Positions 20,552 through 30,251 of a stretch of DNA of 64,000 bases are shown here, piece by piece. Both the position numbers and the translations under genes were made by a program. Positions within the stretch are counted from its first letter, which is position 1. Each line of letters opens with the position of its first letter. Location: the NCBI GenBank assembly GCA_031277035.1, contig JAISLY010000048.1, forward strand, positions 1,629-65,628. The letters run 5' to 3'. Source of the DNA: Coriobacteriales bacterium (GTDB taxonomy: Bacteria; Actinomycetota; Coriobacteriia; Coriobacteriales; UBA8131). Under the pieces are notes generated by a model. It had not been told where the DNA came from, did not search any database, and saw nothing but the letters and a program-made list of their open reading frames with translations.

Positions 20552-22045
20552 TTATGCCTTATTGTCTTTTGCGTTAGCAGTATCTTGCTTCTTTGTTGAC
20601 GCGCCTTTATCCGCCGGTTGCCCAGCCGTAGTCTTCTTCGCTCCTGAAGCGGCCTTTGTCTTCGAAGCAGGCTTTTCCTTCGATGCAGGCTTTTCCTTCG
20701 ATGCAGCCTTTGCCTTCGAAGCGGTCTTTGTTTTCGATGCGGTCTTTTCGCCTGGTCTGAGGATAATCGCCTCTTCCTGCGCCCGCTGGGCCGCCTTGTA
20801 GCGCAACAGACGTTCGCGCAGCTCGGAGAGACGAGCGTCGGCCTTCCACTGAGCGAGCAGGGCGGCCGGATCGTCGACTCCGCTCTCCTCAAACTGCTCA
20901 AGAATCTCCTCTTCGCTGATTGTAAGGCCCAGATGGCGGGCCAGGGCGTCAAGGGCAAGCTCCTGGCGAGTGAGTTCTGCCGCCTGCCGCTGCGCATCGG
21001 CGCGGAATTGATCGGCCGTGAGGTTCGAGTTCGCCAAAAATGCGTCAAAGGCCATGCCCTGGCGCTGGAGCGCGGTGAAGAAGTCCTGATAGATGCTCTG
21101 TTCGTTGGCAGTGAGGAGCGCGGCGGGCAACTCCCCCTCAAACTGCACGCGCGCGGCAAGCTCATCGCTTATTCGACGCTCGCGCAGCTGGGGTATCTCC
21201 CGTTCCTTCTGCTGTGTGATGGTCTCAGCAATTCGAGCGCGAAAATCCGCGACGCTCTCAAATTCCAGCACTTCCCTGACCCAGGCGTCAGTCAGGTCGG
21301 GCGCCTGCTTTTCCTCGATGGTCTTGACGGTTGCCTTGACATGAACAAGGTCGGCCTGCCCGACGAAGCCAAGTTCTCCCGGGCCATACTGGTAATCGAA
21401 CTCGGCTGGCACACCGATCTCAAGTCCGATGAACTTCTCATCAAAGGAGGCAGGCATCGCACCACTGCCAAGATCGTACGGGACGTTTTCTCCCGTCAGG
21501 GCCTCAACAACATTCCCATCGGCGGTCGTCTCAAGCTCGGCGTAAAGAAAGTCGCCGGCCTGCACGGGCCGATCGGTCACCGCGTTAAAAGTCACGTAAT
21601 AGCCGAGCATCGCCTTAATCTGGGCTTCTATCTCCTCATCGGTCGCCTCCTGGGAAGGCAACTCAATCTCGACCGGGTCGTAGGAGGCAAGCTCCACGAG
21701 GGGCCGGACGGTAAAGGACAGGGAGAAGCTGAAATCCGTCCCCTCCCTGACAAGATCGATTTCGTCAAAGTCCGGCTTGTCAAGCGGCACATGCCCCTCG
21801 GCATCGATGGCCAAAGGCCAGGCGTCCTGCACCAGTCGGTCGGTCGCCTTCGCAAGGAAGTACTCCCTGCCGCCATAGAAGTTCTCCAGAATCCGACGCG
21901 GAGCCTTGCCGTGTCGAAAGCCCGGGATACGAACCTTGCCGGCCTCCTTGTAGGCCGCCGCAATACCCCTGTCAACCTCCTCGGCCGTAAGCAGCGCCGT
22001 CACCTGAACCCTGTTGTCCTCAGTTCTCGTACTCCTTGTTTCCAA
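20552..22045 (-). CDS. tig: trigger factor with Lys/Ala-rich repetitive C-terminal tail
   Basis: 497 aa. The start codon is TTG and uncertain by a few codons. The ribosome-binding signature GFRHGKAPRRILE is present. It sits directly upstream of clpP-clpX. Confidence 0.9.
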   Translation of the reverse strand: METRSTRTEDNRVQVTALLTAEEVDRGIAAAYKEAGKVRIPGFRHGKAPRRILENFYGGREYFLAKATDRLVQDAWPLAIDAEGHVPLDKPDFDEIDLVREGTDFSFSLSFTVRPLVELASYDPVEIELPSQEATDEEIEAQIKAMLGYYVTFNAVTDRPVQAGDFLYAELETTADGNVVEALTGENVPYDLGSGAMPASFDEKFIGLEIGVPAEFDYQYGPGELGFVGQADLVHVKATVKTIEEKQAPDLTDAWVREVLEFESVADFRARIAETITQQKEREIPQLRERRISDELAARVQFEGELPAALLTANEQSIYQDFFTALQRQGMAFDAFLANSNLTADQFRADAQRQAAELTRQELALDALARHLGLTISEEEILEQFEESGVDDPAALLAQWKADARLSELRERLLRYKAAQRAQEEAIILRPGEKTASKTKTASKAKAASKEKPASKEKPASKTKAASGAKKTTAGQPADKGASTKKQDTANAKDNKA

Positions 22046-22319
22046 AGTCGCCTCGTTCCTCTCGCCGTCCTAATGCCTCGAAAGCGCCGAGGCCGACGCT
22101 TTCCCTGTAAAACCCGGCAAAACCACCCGATTTTAGCGTAGCCACTATATCACACCTCAAGCGTCGCTTCGCGGGGCCGTAACGCGAATTGTGGCCGTCG
22201 CGCGAATGGCGGCAGCCCATGCGTTGCGTCGCGGGGCCGTAGCGCGCATTGTGTCCGTAGCGCGCACGGCGCAGCTTGCGGCTGCGTGCCGGAAAGCGCC
22301 AGACCGTCTGGGATGCCTC

Positions 22320-23870
22320 TCACGGCACATCGCCATAGACCTGCACCTGGTCTCGCCCGTTCTCCTTCGCAGCATACAGAGCCTCGTCAGCCTTTTTGAT
22401 AAGGTCGGCAAAATCCTCTGGCTGGGAGTCTCTGATTGAGGCAATGCCGATACTGATCGTCACCGAAAAAGAGAAGCCCTCCCCCTTAAAGACCTTGCTT
22501 GACAGCTGCTGACGGATGTCTGCTGCCACAAGCCGCGCTCCCTCGATATCGGTATGCGGCAGCCACGCGCAGAACTCCTCGCCGCCGTAGCGGCCACAGA
22601 TGTCGGTGTGACGAAAGCGGCGGTTGAGTATTCGGCCAATAAAGGCAAGCACCTCATCGCCCACCGCATGGCCCCAGGTGTCGTTGATCGCCTTAAAGAA
22701 GTCGATGTCCATCATCATCGCGGTACCCGGCAGGTCGGGCTGACGCATGTTGAGGTCAAAACTGCGTCCGGCCTCGCGAAAGAAGGCCTCACGGTTAAAC
22801 AGGCCGGTCAAGCCATCGCGGCGGGCCAGCTTCTGGAGCTCCTGCATCATAAAATGGCTCTCCGTGTTGTCAAAGATGATCAGAGAGGTGCCTTCGCGCT
22901 CCGAACCCGAGGTCAGAGGTGAGGTTGAGACGTTCAGGTAAAGCTTGCGGTTATCAACCTCAAGCTCAAAGTCGTAAAGGCCCTCCTTCTCAAAGAGCTC
23001 TGCGGGAAAGCCCTCAAGATCTGTAAGCGGAAGCCCAACCCGTGCCTTTGCAAGAACCGGGAAATAGCGCTGCGCCATGCCGTTGAAGTCTAACAGGCGG
23101 TTGGAGGCATCCACCAGAATAAAGGCATCGCGCATGTTCTGAACGATGAGTTCGCGGCCCGTGGACTGCCAACGTCTCTGACGAAACCGCACCAGATACC
23201 AGCACAGCATCAACACTGTGAGCGTGAGGGCAGTGGGCACCGGATTCCACTCACCAGGCACGACGCCCACGATTTTTGCCGTCTGGGCAAGGATGGGCAG
23301 AAGGCAGGCGATGATGAAGACGGCGCTTGCCCTGCGCTGACGTTCCACAAGAAATCCGCGAAGAATAACGATGGTGCCCAGTATCGTGAAGGCAAACGCA
23401 AAGATGAAGCAGGGGTAGTAGAGGATGCCGGGGTGTACCCCGAGGTGCGCCTGCCAGCCGGTGGTGAGGTAGTCGAGGCCGGCATAGTAAAGATGCGTGT
23501 AGGGGTAAAACAGCACCGACACACAGCAGACCGCCGGCACTGAGAACAGCAGGGCGACCTTCCAGGTTGCCAGGCGCGGCGCACCCACGTAGTCGCGGGC
23601 GAAAAGATAGTACAGCGAGCCGAGGAAGGGGGCGCCCAGGTAGGTGACCTTGACCGCAACGACGGCAGCCCCAAGGTCTGGTGCAGTGACCTCGAAGAGA
23701 TAGCCGACCGACATCAAGGCGATGATCACGGAAAACATCGCGAAGAACATCATGCGTTTTTGCTGCCAGAGGCTAAGCGCGTAGAAGGCGAGGATCATTG
23801 ATGCCACCGCAACGACGTGCTGGAAGATTATGACGAAAGCAGTGATTGCAGTTCCACCCTGCCGAAACAT
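22320..23870 (-). CDS. membrane-bound diguanylate cyclase (N-terminal 7TM sensor-type domain + PAS-like + GGDEF)
   Basis: ATG 23870 (MFRQGG). About 7 TM helices, then a GGDEF domain with an intact GGEEF and an RxxD I-site (RHTD, 5 residues upstream). Confidence 0.85.
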   Translation of the reverse strand: MFRQGGTAITAFVIIFQHVVAVASMILAFYALSLWQQKRMMFFAMFSVIIALMSVGYLFEVTAPDLGAAVVAVKVTYLGAPFLGSLYYLFARDYVGAPRLATWKVALLFSVPAVCCVSVLFYPYTHLYYAGLDYLTTGWQAHLGVHPGILYYPCFIFAFAFTILGTIVILRGFLVERQRRASAVFIIACLLPILAQTAKIVGVVPGEWNPVPTALTLTVLMLCWYLVRFRQRRWQSTGRELIVQNMRDAFILVDASNRLLDFNGMAQRYFPVLAKARVGLPLTDLEGFPAELFEKEGLYDFELEVDNRKLYLNVSTSPLTSGSEREGTSLIIFDNTESHFMMQELQKLARRDGLTGLFNREAFFREAGRSFDLNMRQPDLPGTAMMMDIDFFKAINDTWGHAVGDEVLAFIGRILNRRFRHTDICGRYGGEEFCAWLPHTDIEGARLVAADIRQQLSSKVFKGEGFSFSVTISIGIASIRDSQPEDFADLIKKADEALYAAKENGRDQVQVYGDVP

Positions 23871-23989
23871 CGATTCTGACCTGATAATTCTACCATAATC
23901 ATGCGGTTGAAAAGAAGGGGGATTATCGCCGCCTGCGATCCTGCGTCTCAAGTGGGGCCAGAGACACGGATAGACCGAGACGCTGTCGA

Positions 23990-25903
23990 TTATCGCCGCC
24001 TGCAATCCTGCGTCTCAAGTGCCCCCTGCAGGCGGCACAGGTGAGCAAACAGCCCTTCCTGCGCCAGCAGCGCGGCGGGGCTGCCCTCCTGTGCGACGTA
24101 GCCCTTATCGAGCAGAACGATGTGGTCGGCGTGCAGCACGGTGCGCATGCGGTGGGCAACCATGAGCACGGTCTTGCCCGCCGAAAGCGCGCCGATGGCC
24201 TGCTGCACGCGCGTCTCGCTCTCAGGGTCAAGGGATGCCGTCGCTTCATCGAGCAGGACGATCGGCGCGTCTTTGAGCAGTGCGCGGGCAATCGAGAGGC
24301 GCTGGCGCTCCCCGCCCGAGAGCGTTGCGCCGTTCTCGGCAAGCACGGTGTCCAGACCCTCGGGCAGGCGCTCGATGAACTCGTCGCACTGAGCCGCATG
24401 TGCCGCCGCCTCGACCTCCTCATCAGTGGCGTCACGCCTGCCCAGGCGGATGTTCTCACGCACGGTGGTAGCAAACAGCACCACCTCCTGAAACACCTCG
24501 GAGAAGTTTTTGAGCAGCGTCTCGGGATCAACCGTGGCGACATCCGTGCCTCCGAGCCTGATTGTGCCCTCCTGTGGGTCCCAGAGACGGGCCGCAAGTT
24601 TTGAGACGGTCGTCTTGCCTGAGCCGGACGGACCGACCAGCGCGGTCGTCTGACCCTGCCGTGCGACAAACGTGACGCCATTGAGAACCGGCGTGCCCTC
24701 CTCGTAGGAAAAGCGCACGTTCTCAAAGACAATGTCGAAGGTCTGTGGAACAAACGCAGTCGAGCCGGTAGCCACAGGATGTCTCTCGATTTCGGAGAGT
24801 CGTTCGTTGCTGATATCGACGGCGAATATCTCGAGGATATTCATGAACATCTCGCTTACAGGGTCATAGATGCGCGTAACAAGCAGGACAAAGAGGAAAA
24901 ACATGCTCAGGCTCAGCTCGCCTGAGACAAGCAGCGCCACGCCAGTCAGAAGAGTTGTGGCGATTCCCAACTGCAAAAGTGAGCACGCCGAGGTAAGCGC
25001 AACTGAAGCAGTAAGCTCATAGCGTCCCTGTAGTTTCTCGACCAGCGCAAACTGTTGGTCAAGGCGCTCCCTGATACGTTCCTGCCGGTTACAGGCCCGA
25101 ATGTCCTGCGCACATTCGATGAGTTCCTGAACGGCCTCGGCACTGGCCAATCTGCCGTCATTCATCTCGCGCCCTCTTCGCCTTTGGGCGCCATGACCTG
25201 CGAATACAATGGCCGCTGCTGCAGGAAGGACCCACAGGCAGGCCACCATCATGCGCCAGTCACACAGGGCGAGCACCACAGCTGAAGCAAACAGGTAGGC
25301 AAGCATGCCCCAAAACTGCGGAAGGGCGTGAGACAGCGCGTGCTCGCTGCTCTCTGCATCGCTCATAATCAGCGTCGTGAGGTCGGAAAGGTCGCGCCTG
25401 CTGAAAAATGACAGGGGCAAAAGACGCAGACGTTCGGCGATGGCGATACGTTTGCGGCTGCTCTCCTCGTAGGTGTCGCAAAACGTTGCCCGATACCTGC
25501 GCCTCTGCGAAATGCCCACGGCAAGCAGCGTCACCAGAAACGCAAGCAGGTATTTCCAGGGCGCAATCACAGATACGCCTCCGCCCAGCAGCGGACGCAC
25601 GAGGTCAACGACGGCCATAAACAGGATGAGCATGGGCACCATGTTCGCGGCATTGGAAAGGGCCGAGTACACCACAGCCCGCACAAATATCTGCGCGCCC
25701 TGTTCGGAGAGGTGATAGCGGCGCATGAAAAAGCCGCGGACGCCTTTGCGGGGAGCCCTGGCGGGGTCTTGCGAAGAGCCTTGCGGAGGGGCGCCTGGAG
25801 CGGCTTGCGGCGGGTCGTGCGGAGGGTCTGCTGGCGGGGCGCCTGGAGCGCTCTGATGCGGATTGTTGAGAGAAACTTCATGCTGCGCGCTACTGCCCGT
25901 CAT
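23990..25903 (-). CDS. ABC exporter, fused permease/ATPase (heterodimer partner 2)
   Basis: ATG 25903 overlaps the upstream gene end by 14 nt. A 6-TM region is followed by Walker A GPSGSGKTT and the signature LSGGERQR. Confidence 0.85.
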   Translation of the reverse strand: MTGSSAQHEVSLNNPHQSAPGAPPADPPHDPPQAAPGAPPQGSSQDPARAPRKGVRGFFMRRYHLSEQGAQIFVRAVVYSALSNAANMVPMLILFMAVVDLVRPLLGGGVSVIAPWKYLLAFLVTLLAVGISQRRRYRATFCDTYEESSRKRIAIAERLRLLPLSFFSRRDLSDLTTLIMSDAESSEHALSHALPQFWGMLAYLFASAVVLALCDWRMMVACLWVLPAAAAIVFAGHGAQRRRGREMNDGRLASAEAVQELIECAQDIRACNRQERIRERLDQQFALVEKLQGRYELTASVALTSACSLLQLGIATTLLTGVALLVSGELSLSMFFLFVLLVTRIYDPVSEMFMNILEIFAVDISNERLSEIERHPVATGSTAFVPQTFDIVFENVRFSYEEGTPVLNGVTFVARQGQTTALVGPSGSGKTTVSKLAARLWDPQEGTIRLGGTDVATVDPETLLKNFSEVFQEVVLFATTVRENIRLGRRDATDEEVEAAAHAAQCDEFIERLPEGLDTVLAENGATLSGGERQRLSIARALLKDAPIVLLDEATASLDPESETRVQQAIGALSAGKTVLMVAHRMRTVLHADHIVLLDKGYVAQEGSPAALLAQEGLFAHLCRLQGALETQDCRRR

Positions 25904-27758
25904 CGAAAGCCTCCCCTTTACGCGTGCCGATTTCCCAGCGTACGGACGTACAGTAGTCATCCCACATACGTCGATACGGGCCATCGGCCTCCACCAGAGC
26001 ACGGTGCGTTCCCCGTTGTACCACCTCGCCGTCGACGATTACCAGAATCTGGTCGGCGTCAAGCACCGATGAAAGCCGGTGCGCAATCATGACAACCGTA
26101 CGCCCCTCCATGACGCGCTTGAGACTTCGCTGGATACGCGCCTCGTTGTCGGCATCGGCAAAGGCCGTCGCCTCGTCCAGCACGAGTATCGCCGCATCCT
26201 TGAGGATTGCGCGGGCGAGCAGCACACGCTGCTGCTCGCCGCCAGAAAGGTACGCGCCGCCCGCGCCGATACGCGTGTCTATGCCCTGCGGCAACTTGGC
26301 CACAATGTCATCGCACTGGGCATCCGCCAAGGCCGCCATAACCTCCTCACGCGAGGCATCGGGGCGGGCGGCGCGTACATTCTCCAGGATCGTATCGCAA
26401 AAGAGCCTGCCGCCCTGAAACACAAAGGCGACGTTTTCCATCAGGTCGCGCGGGTCAAGGTCGCGGACATCGCGGCCGCCCACCCTGACCACACCAGAGC
26501 GCACGTCCCAGAAGCGAGGAATCAGCGCGGCACAGCTTGACTTGCCGGAGCCAGAGGGGCCCACCAGCGCAAGCGTCTGGCCGGGTGCGACTGTAAAGGA
26601 CACGTGCGAGACAGCATCGCGCGGTGCACCTGGATAGGCAAAACAGACATTCTCAAAGGCGATGGACGCATCGCGCATATCATCAGCAAGCTCAGGCTGG
26701 GGCAGAGGCTCGATTGAGAGAATGGCGTTGACCCTTCGCAGGGCGGTACGCGCCGACATGCTGGACTGTCCAACGTACATGATGCGCGTGAGCATACTGG
26801 GGGTTATTCCGCACAGTGCAGCGTAAAAGATGAAGTCGGCGGCAAAGCGCGCCCAGTCTCCGGATTCGGTCGATGCGGCGGCAAAAGCCACGACCGGGAT
26901 TAACAGAAGGAAGGCCGAGCCGACGACCATTGCGAAGGCGGTCTGAGGCCGTTCGGCTGCCTGCGCGAAGCCGAAGGCCAGATTGCCATAGGCAACGATG
27001 GCGCGATAGAAGCCCTTAAAGGAGTAGGTGGTCTGCTGAAACACCTTCACCACCGGAATCCCACGCACGTATTCCACGGCCTCGCGGTTCATGGAATCGA
27101 GGGCATCCTGATAATCGTCCATCGCAGAGGCGGCGCCCTTACCCATCGTCATGCCCAGCAGCGCAGAGCCCAGGACGATTGGCAGCAGGCAGGCAAGCCC
27201 CATGCGCCAGTCAAAGCTGAAGCTTAAAACGAGAAAGGCCACCGGAGTCACTATCGCGCCCACAACATCGGGCAGCTTATGTGCGATGACATCCTCGGTC
27301 AGATCGGCACCAGCGTCCACATGCCGACGCAACTCCCCCGACGAGACGCTCTGGTAGTAGCCAAGCGGCACACGCAGAAGATGCTCACAGCAAACGGTAC
27401 GTATCTGCGTCGCGATATGAAAGGCAGCGCGATGTGTGCAACCCAGGCCCGACATATAGGCCAGGACGCCAGCTGCCGCCGAGCCGGCAGCAATCCAGCC
27501 GAATGTCGCTGTGTCAGAAGCGGCGGCCAGTACGATGGGGTCGGCGGCCAGGGACACGGAGGCCGTTGTGAGAAGGTCACGGGCAATACGCCAGATGCAG
27601 AGATACGGGACGAGTGCCAGTATCGCGGAGAGGGCAGACAGCACACAGCCCAACACGACCTGCCAACGATGCGCGCCGGCATATCGCAGCAAGGTGAGCA
27701 GCCCATCGCCGCCCGCATGCTCACCTGATTGTGATTCGGATGTTACCCTATGCTCCAT
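25890..27758 (-). CDS. ABC exporter, fused permease/ATPase (heterodimer partner 1)
   Basis: 622 aa. A TM domain is followed by Walker A GPSGSGKSS and the signature LSGGEQQR. Confidence 0.85.
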   Translation of the reverse strand: MEHRVTSESQSGEHAGGDGLLTLLRYAGAHRWQVVLGCVLSALSAILALVPYLCIWRIARDLLTTASVSLAADPIVLAAASDTATFGWIAAGSAAAGVLAYMSGLGCTHRAAFHIATQIRTVCCEHLLRVPLGYYQSVSSGELRRHVDAGADLTEDVIAHKLPDVVGAIVTPVAFLVLSFSFDWRMGLACLLPIVLGSALLGMTMGKGAASAMDDYQDALDSMNREAVEYVRGIPVVKVFQQTTYSFKGFYRAIVAYGNLAFGFAQAAERPQTAFAMVVGSAFLLLIPVVAFAAASTESGDWARFAADFIFYAALCGITPSMLTRIMYVGQSSMSARTALRRVNAILSIEPLPQPELADDMRDASIAFENVCFAYPGAPRDAVSHVSFTVAPGQTLALVGPSGSGKSSCAALIPRFWDVRSGVVRVGGRDVRDLDPRDLMENVAFVFQGGRLFCDTILENVRAARPDASREEVMAALADAQCDDIVAKLPQGIDTRIGAGGAYLSGGEQQRVLLARAILKDAAILVLDEATAFADADNEARIQRSLKRVMEGRTVVMIAHRLSSVLDADQILVIVDGEVVQRGTHRALVEADGPYRRMWDDYCTSVRWEIGTRKGEAFDDGQ

Positions 27759-27825
27759 GCGCTTCTGCTATCGCCTGTCCTGTTTGTGCCCTGGTAGCCA
27801 GACGGGCCGATGCCCAGCACCCCTC

Positions 27826-28428
27826 CTACGCACCAAGTGCGCGCGCGAAATGCTTCTTGAAGATGACCAGGCCCAAACCGCCCCCGATCAGCGCACCAAC
27901 AACACAGGCCAGGGGGGCGAGCAGCAGGTTGATGCCCGTCAGGCCCTGCAGAAGCTGACTCACCTGCTCAGAGCTCATATGGGCATTCAGCATCATCTGG
28001 GTAAACAGGTCGGCCGAAAATATCGCAAGGATGCCGTGGCCGACCCAAAAACACAGAACCCACACCACAAAGGCAGCCATGTTGGCGAGAGGGCTCGTGT
28101 ATCTCCCCATGCGGACAATGACCTCGGCGAGTGCCCCTCCCACAATGACGCCAAGCACCGCCGTCCATATCTGACCCAGCAAAAATGCGATAAGGGCAAC
28201 GATGATCGAAGAAATCAGGCAGGCCCCTGGTTTACGAATGTTGGCGCGCATATACATCCACACGGTACCTGCAAGAATCGCCCCGACCGCATCGCCGTAA
28301 AAATACGTGGTCAGCGTGATGCTGCAGGTCATTGCTCCCACCAGCATCGCGATAAACAGCAGAAGCGAAAAAACGGCCAGACGGATAACGTCCTTACCCT
28401 GCCACCTGTTCGAACTACCGATTGCCAT
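27826..28428 (-). CDS. ECF-transporter S component, Trep_Strep/MptD-like
   Basis: ATG 28428 follows GAAAGGAAG. The protein is about 200 aa and strongly hydrophobic, with a basic motif near the C-terminus (IFKKHFAR). It lies directly downstream of the ECF A-A' and T genes. Confidence 0.65.
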   Translation of the reverse strand: MAIGSSNRWQGKDVIRLAVFSLLLFIAMLVGAMTCSITLTTYFYGDAVGAILAGTVWMYMRANIRKPGACLISSIIVALIAFLLGQIWTAVLGVIVGGALAEVIVRMGRYTSPLANMAAFVVWVLCFWVGHGILAIFSADLFTQMMLNAHMSSEQVSQLLQGLTGINLLLAPLACVVGALIGGGLGLVIFKKHFARALGA

Positions 28429-28553
28429 ATGCTCACACTTCCTTTCCTCCTTCTCACGACTCATGCGCCGCGAGACACCAATCCTGCCAATCCTGCCAAT
28501 CCGGTTCACACTGCCTGCACTGCCCACACTGCCCACACTGCCTGCACTGCCTG

Positions 28554-30251
28554 TCAGCCCCCTGGCCGGTAGGCTCCAGAAAACTCCTCTTTCCTGGCCC
28601 TGCCGAAATCTCCCGATGCTGTCAGGCTCACCTCAGCACCAACATGGTCGGGAGCTAAAACCTCCAGTACGCGCGGCAGGGTCTCGTCGGTGAGCTCGTA
28701 GGCACTGCGCACCCTGCCGTCGGCCACCTCAATCACCTGATCGCAGGCCGATGTCACAAGCTCCGCGTCGTGCGTGATAACAAAGATGCAGCGCCCCTCA
28801 TCGGCAAGACGACGAATCTCACCGGCGCAGCGCCTCATGTTTGCCAGATCCAGGCCACTCGTTGGCTCATCCAATACGAGCACCTTTGCCCCTGCGTACA
28901 CGCCCACCGCCACGGCAAGCCTCTGTTTCTCACCACCCGACAGACTCGCCGGGTGACGCTCATCTGTGCCGCTCAATCCAAAACGTTCGATGAGTTCGTC
29001 AATGTGCGCCGGGCCGAGCGGCACAGGCGCCCTCGATGCGGCAGAGCCTGCGGGGGCGAGACTGATTTCGAACTCCTTGCGCACGCTGGTGCCAAACAGC
29101 TGGTACCCCGACTCCTGCAACACCAGATAGACGCAGCCCGTACGCCTGCGCACGTCCAGCGGCTGCGCACTGATGGCAAGGCCACCGTAGGTCTCACGCA
29201 GCAGTCCAGCCATGACCTGCGCCAGGGTTGATTTGCCCTGCCCGTTGCGTCCCACAACAGCAATCGCGTGCCCACCTGTCGCCGAAAACGACAGGCCTTT
29301 GAGAATCTCCCTGCGCGGGCCATACCCGGCGCGAATCCCGTCCGCCTGGATGTCAAGTGCACGAGCCGTATCACGGGGATGCTCGCGTGAAGTCTGCGCT
29401 TGCGGCCCAAGACAAAGATCGCGCAAGGCCCATGCACGCAAGCCCAGCTCTGCTGTTGTGCGCGGGGGCAAAGCGGCAAACTCCTGAACATGCCAGTCAT
29501 GGACGATATGGCCCTCACTCATGCACACCACCCGATCGACCAGACCCTCCAGCCAGTGCAGGCGGTGCTCTACGATAAGGATTGTCTTTTTCAACTCCTT
29601 CAAACGCTGCAAGGTGCGCTTCACCGCCTGCGTGGCAGCCGCGTCGAGATTTGCCGTCGGCTCATCCAGAATAAATATCTCCGTACCCATTGCGCATACC
29701 GTGCCCAGCGCAAGTAATTGCCGTTGCCCGCCAGACAGGTCGTGGATGTCCCGCTCAAGCAGGTTCTGTAAGCCCAACGTTTCAACCGTCTGGGCAACGC
29801 GATTTAAAATCTCCTCGCGTCGTATGCCCAGATTCTCGCAACCGTAGGCCAACTCGGAGGTAGTATCCAGATTGAAGAATTGGCTGCGCGGGTTTTGAAA
29901 GACCGACCCGACAACCCGGCAGAGGTCGTCCATCTCCCACTGTTCAAGCTCGATGCCATCGATGAGGACGCGTCCCTGTTTGACGCCCTCGTAAAACGTG
30001 GGGATAAGCCCGTTGCAGAGCCGGGTCAGCGTAGTTTTGCCGCACCCGGAGGGGCCGGTGAGGCAGACGCACTCACCGCGCGCTATCTTCAGTGTGACGT
30101 CATTGAGTATGGGGTATTTCTTCTGCGACAGGGCACCGTACGAAAAGTTAACTTTATCGAACTCAATTGCATGAAGAGAGGGTGCCGGCTTCTCAAAGTG
30201 CTGCACCTTCGCGACATGCGGCTTTTGTTGCATGCTGGCAGCCATCGCCAT
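28554..30251 (-). CDS. ECF-type duplicated ATPase (fused EcfA-EcfA')
   Basis: Its ATG at 30251 overlaps the T-component stop by 1 nt. It has two ABC cassettes (GPSGCGKTT...LSGGQRQ and GRNGQGKST...LSGGEKQR). Confidence 0.85.
   Translation of the reverse strand: MAMAASMQQKPHVAKVQHFEKPAPSLHAIEFDKVNFSYGALSQKKYPILNDVTLKIARGECVCLTGPSGCGKTTLTRLCNGLIPTFYEGVKQGRVLIDGIELEQWEMDDLCRVVGSVFQNPRSQFFNLDTTSELAYGCENLGIRREEILNRVAQTVETLGLQNLLERDIHDLSGGQRQLLALGTVCAMGTEIFILDEPTANLDAAATQAVKRTLQRLKELKKTILIVEHRLHWLEGLVDRVVCMSEGHIVHDWHVQEFAALPPRTTAELGLRAWALRDLCLGPQAQTSREHPRDTARALDIQADGIRAGYGPRREILKGLSFSATGGHAIAVVGRNGQGKSTLAQVMAGLLRETYGGLAISAQPLDVRRRTGCVYLVLQESGYQLFGTSVRKEFEISLAPAGSAASRAPVPLGPAHIDELIERFGLSGTDERHPASLSGGEKQRLAVAVGVYAGAKVLVLDEPTSGLDLANMRRCAGEIRRLADEGRCIFVITHDAELVTSACDQVIEVADGRVRSAYELTDETLPRVLEVLAPDHVGAEVSLTASGDFGRARKEEFSGAYRPGG

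Noticed and set aside
20933-22141. 402-aa plus-strand ORF
   Set aside because: Antisense shadow of trigger factor.
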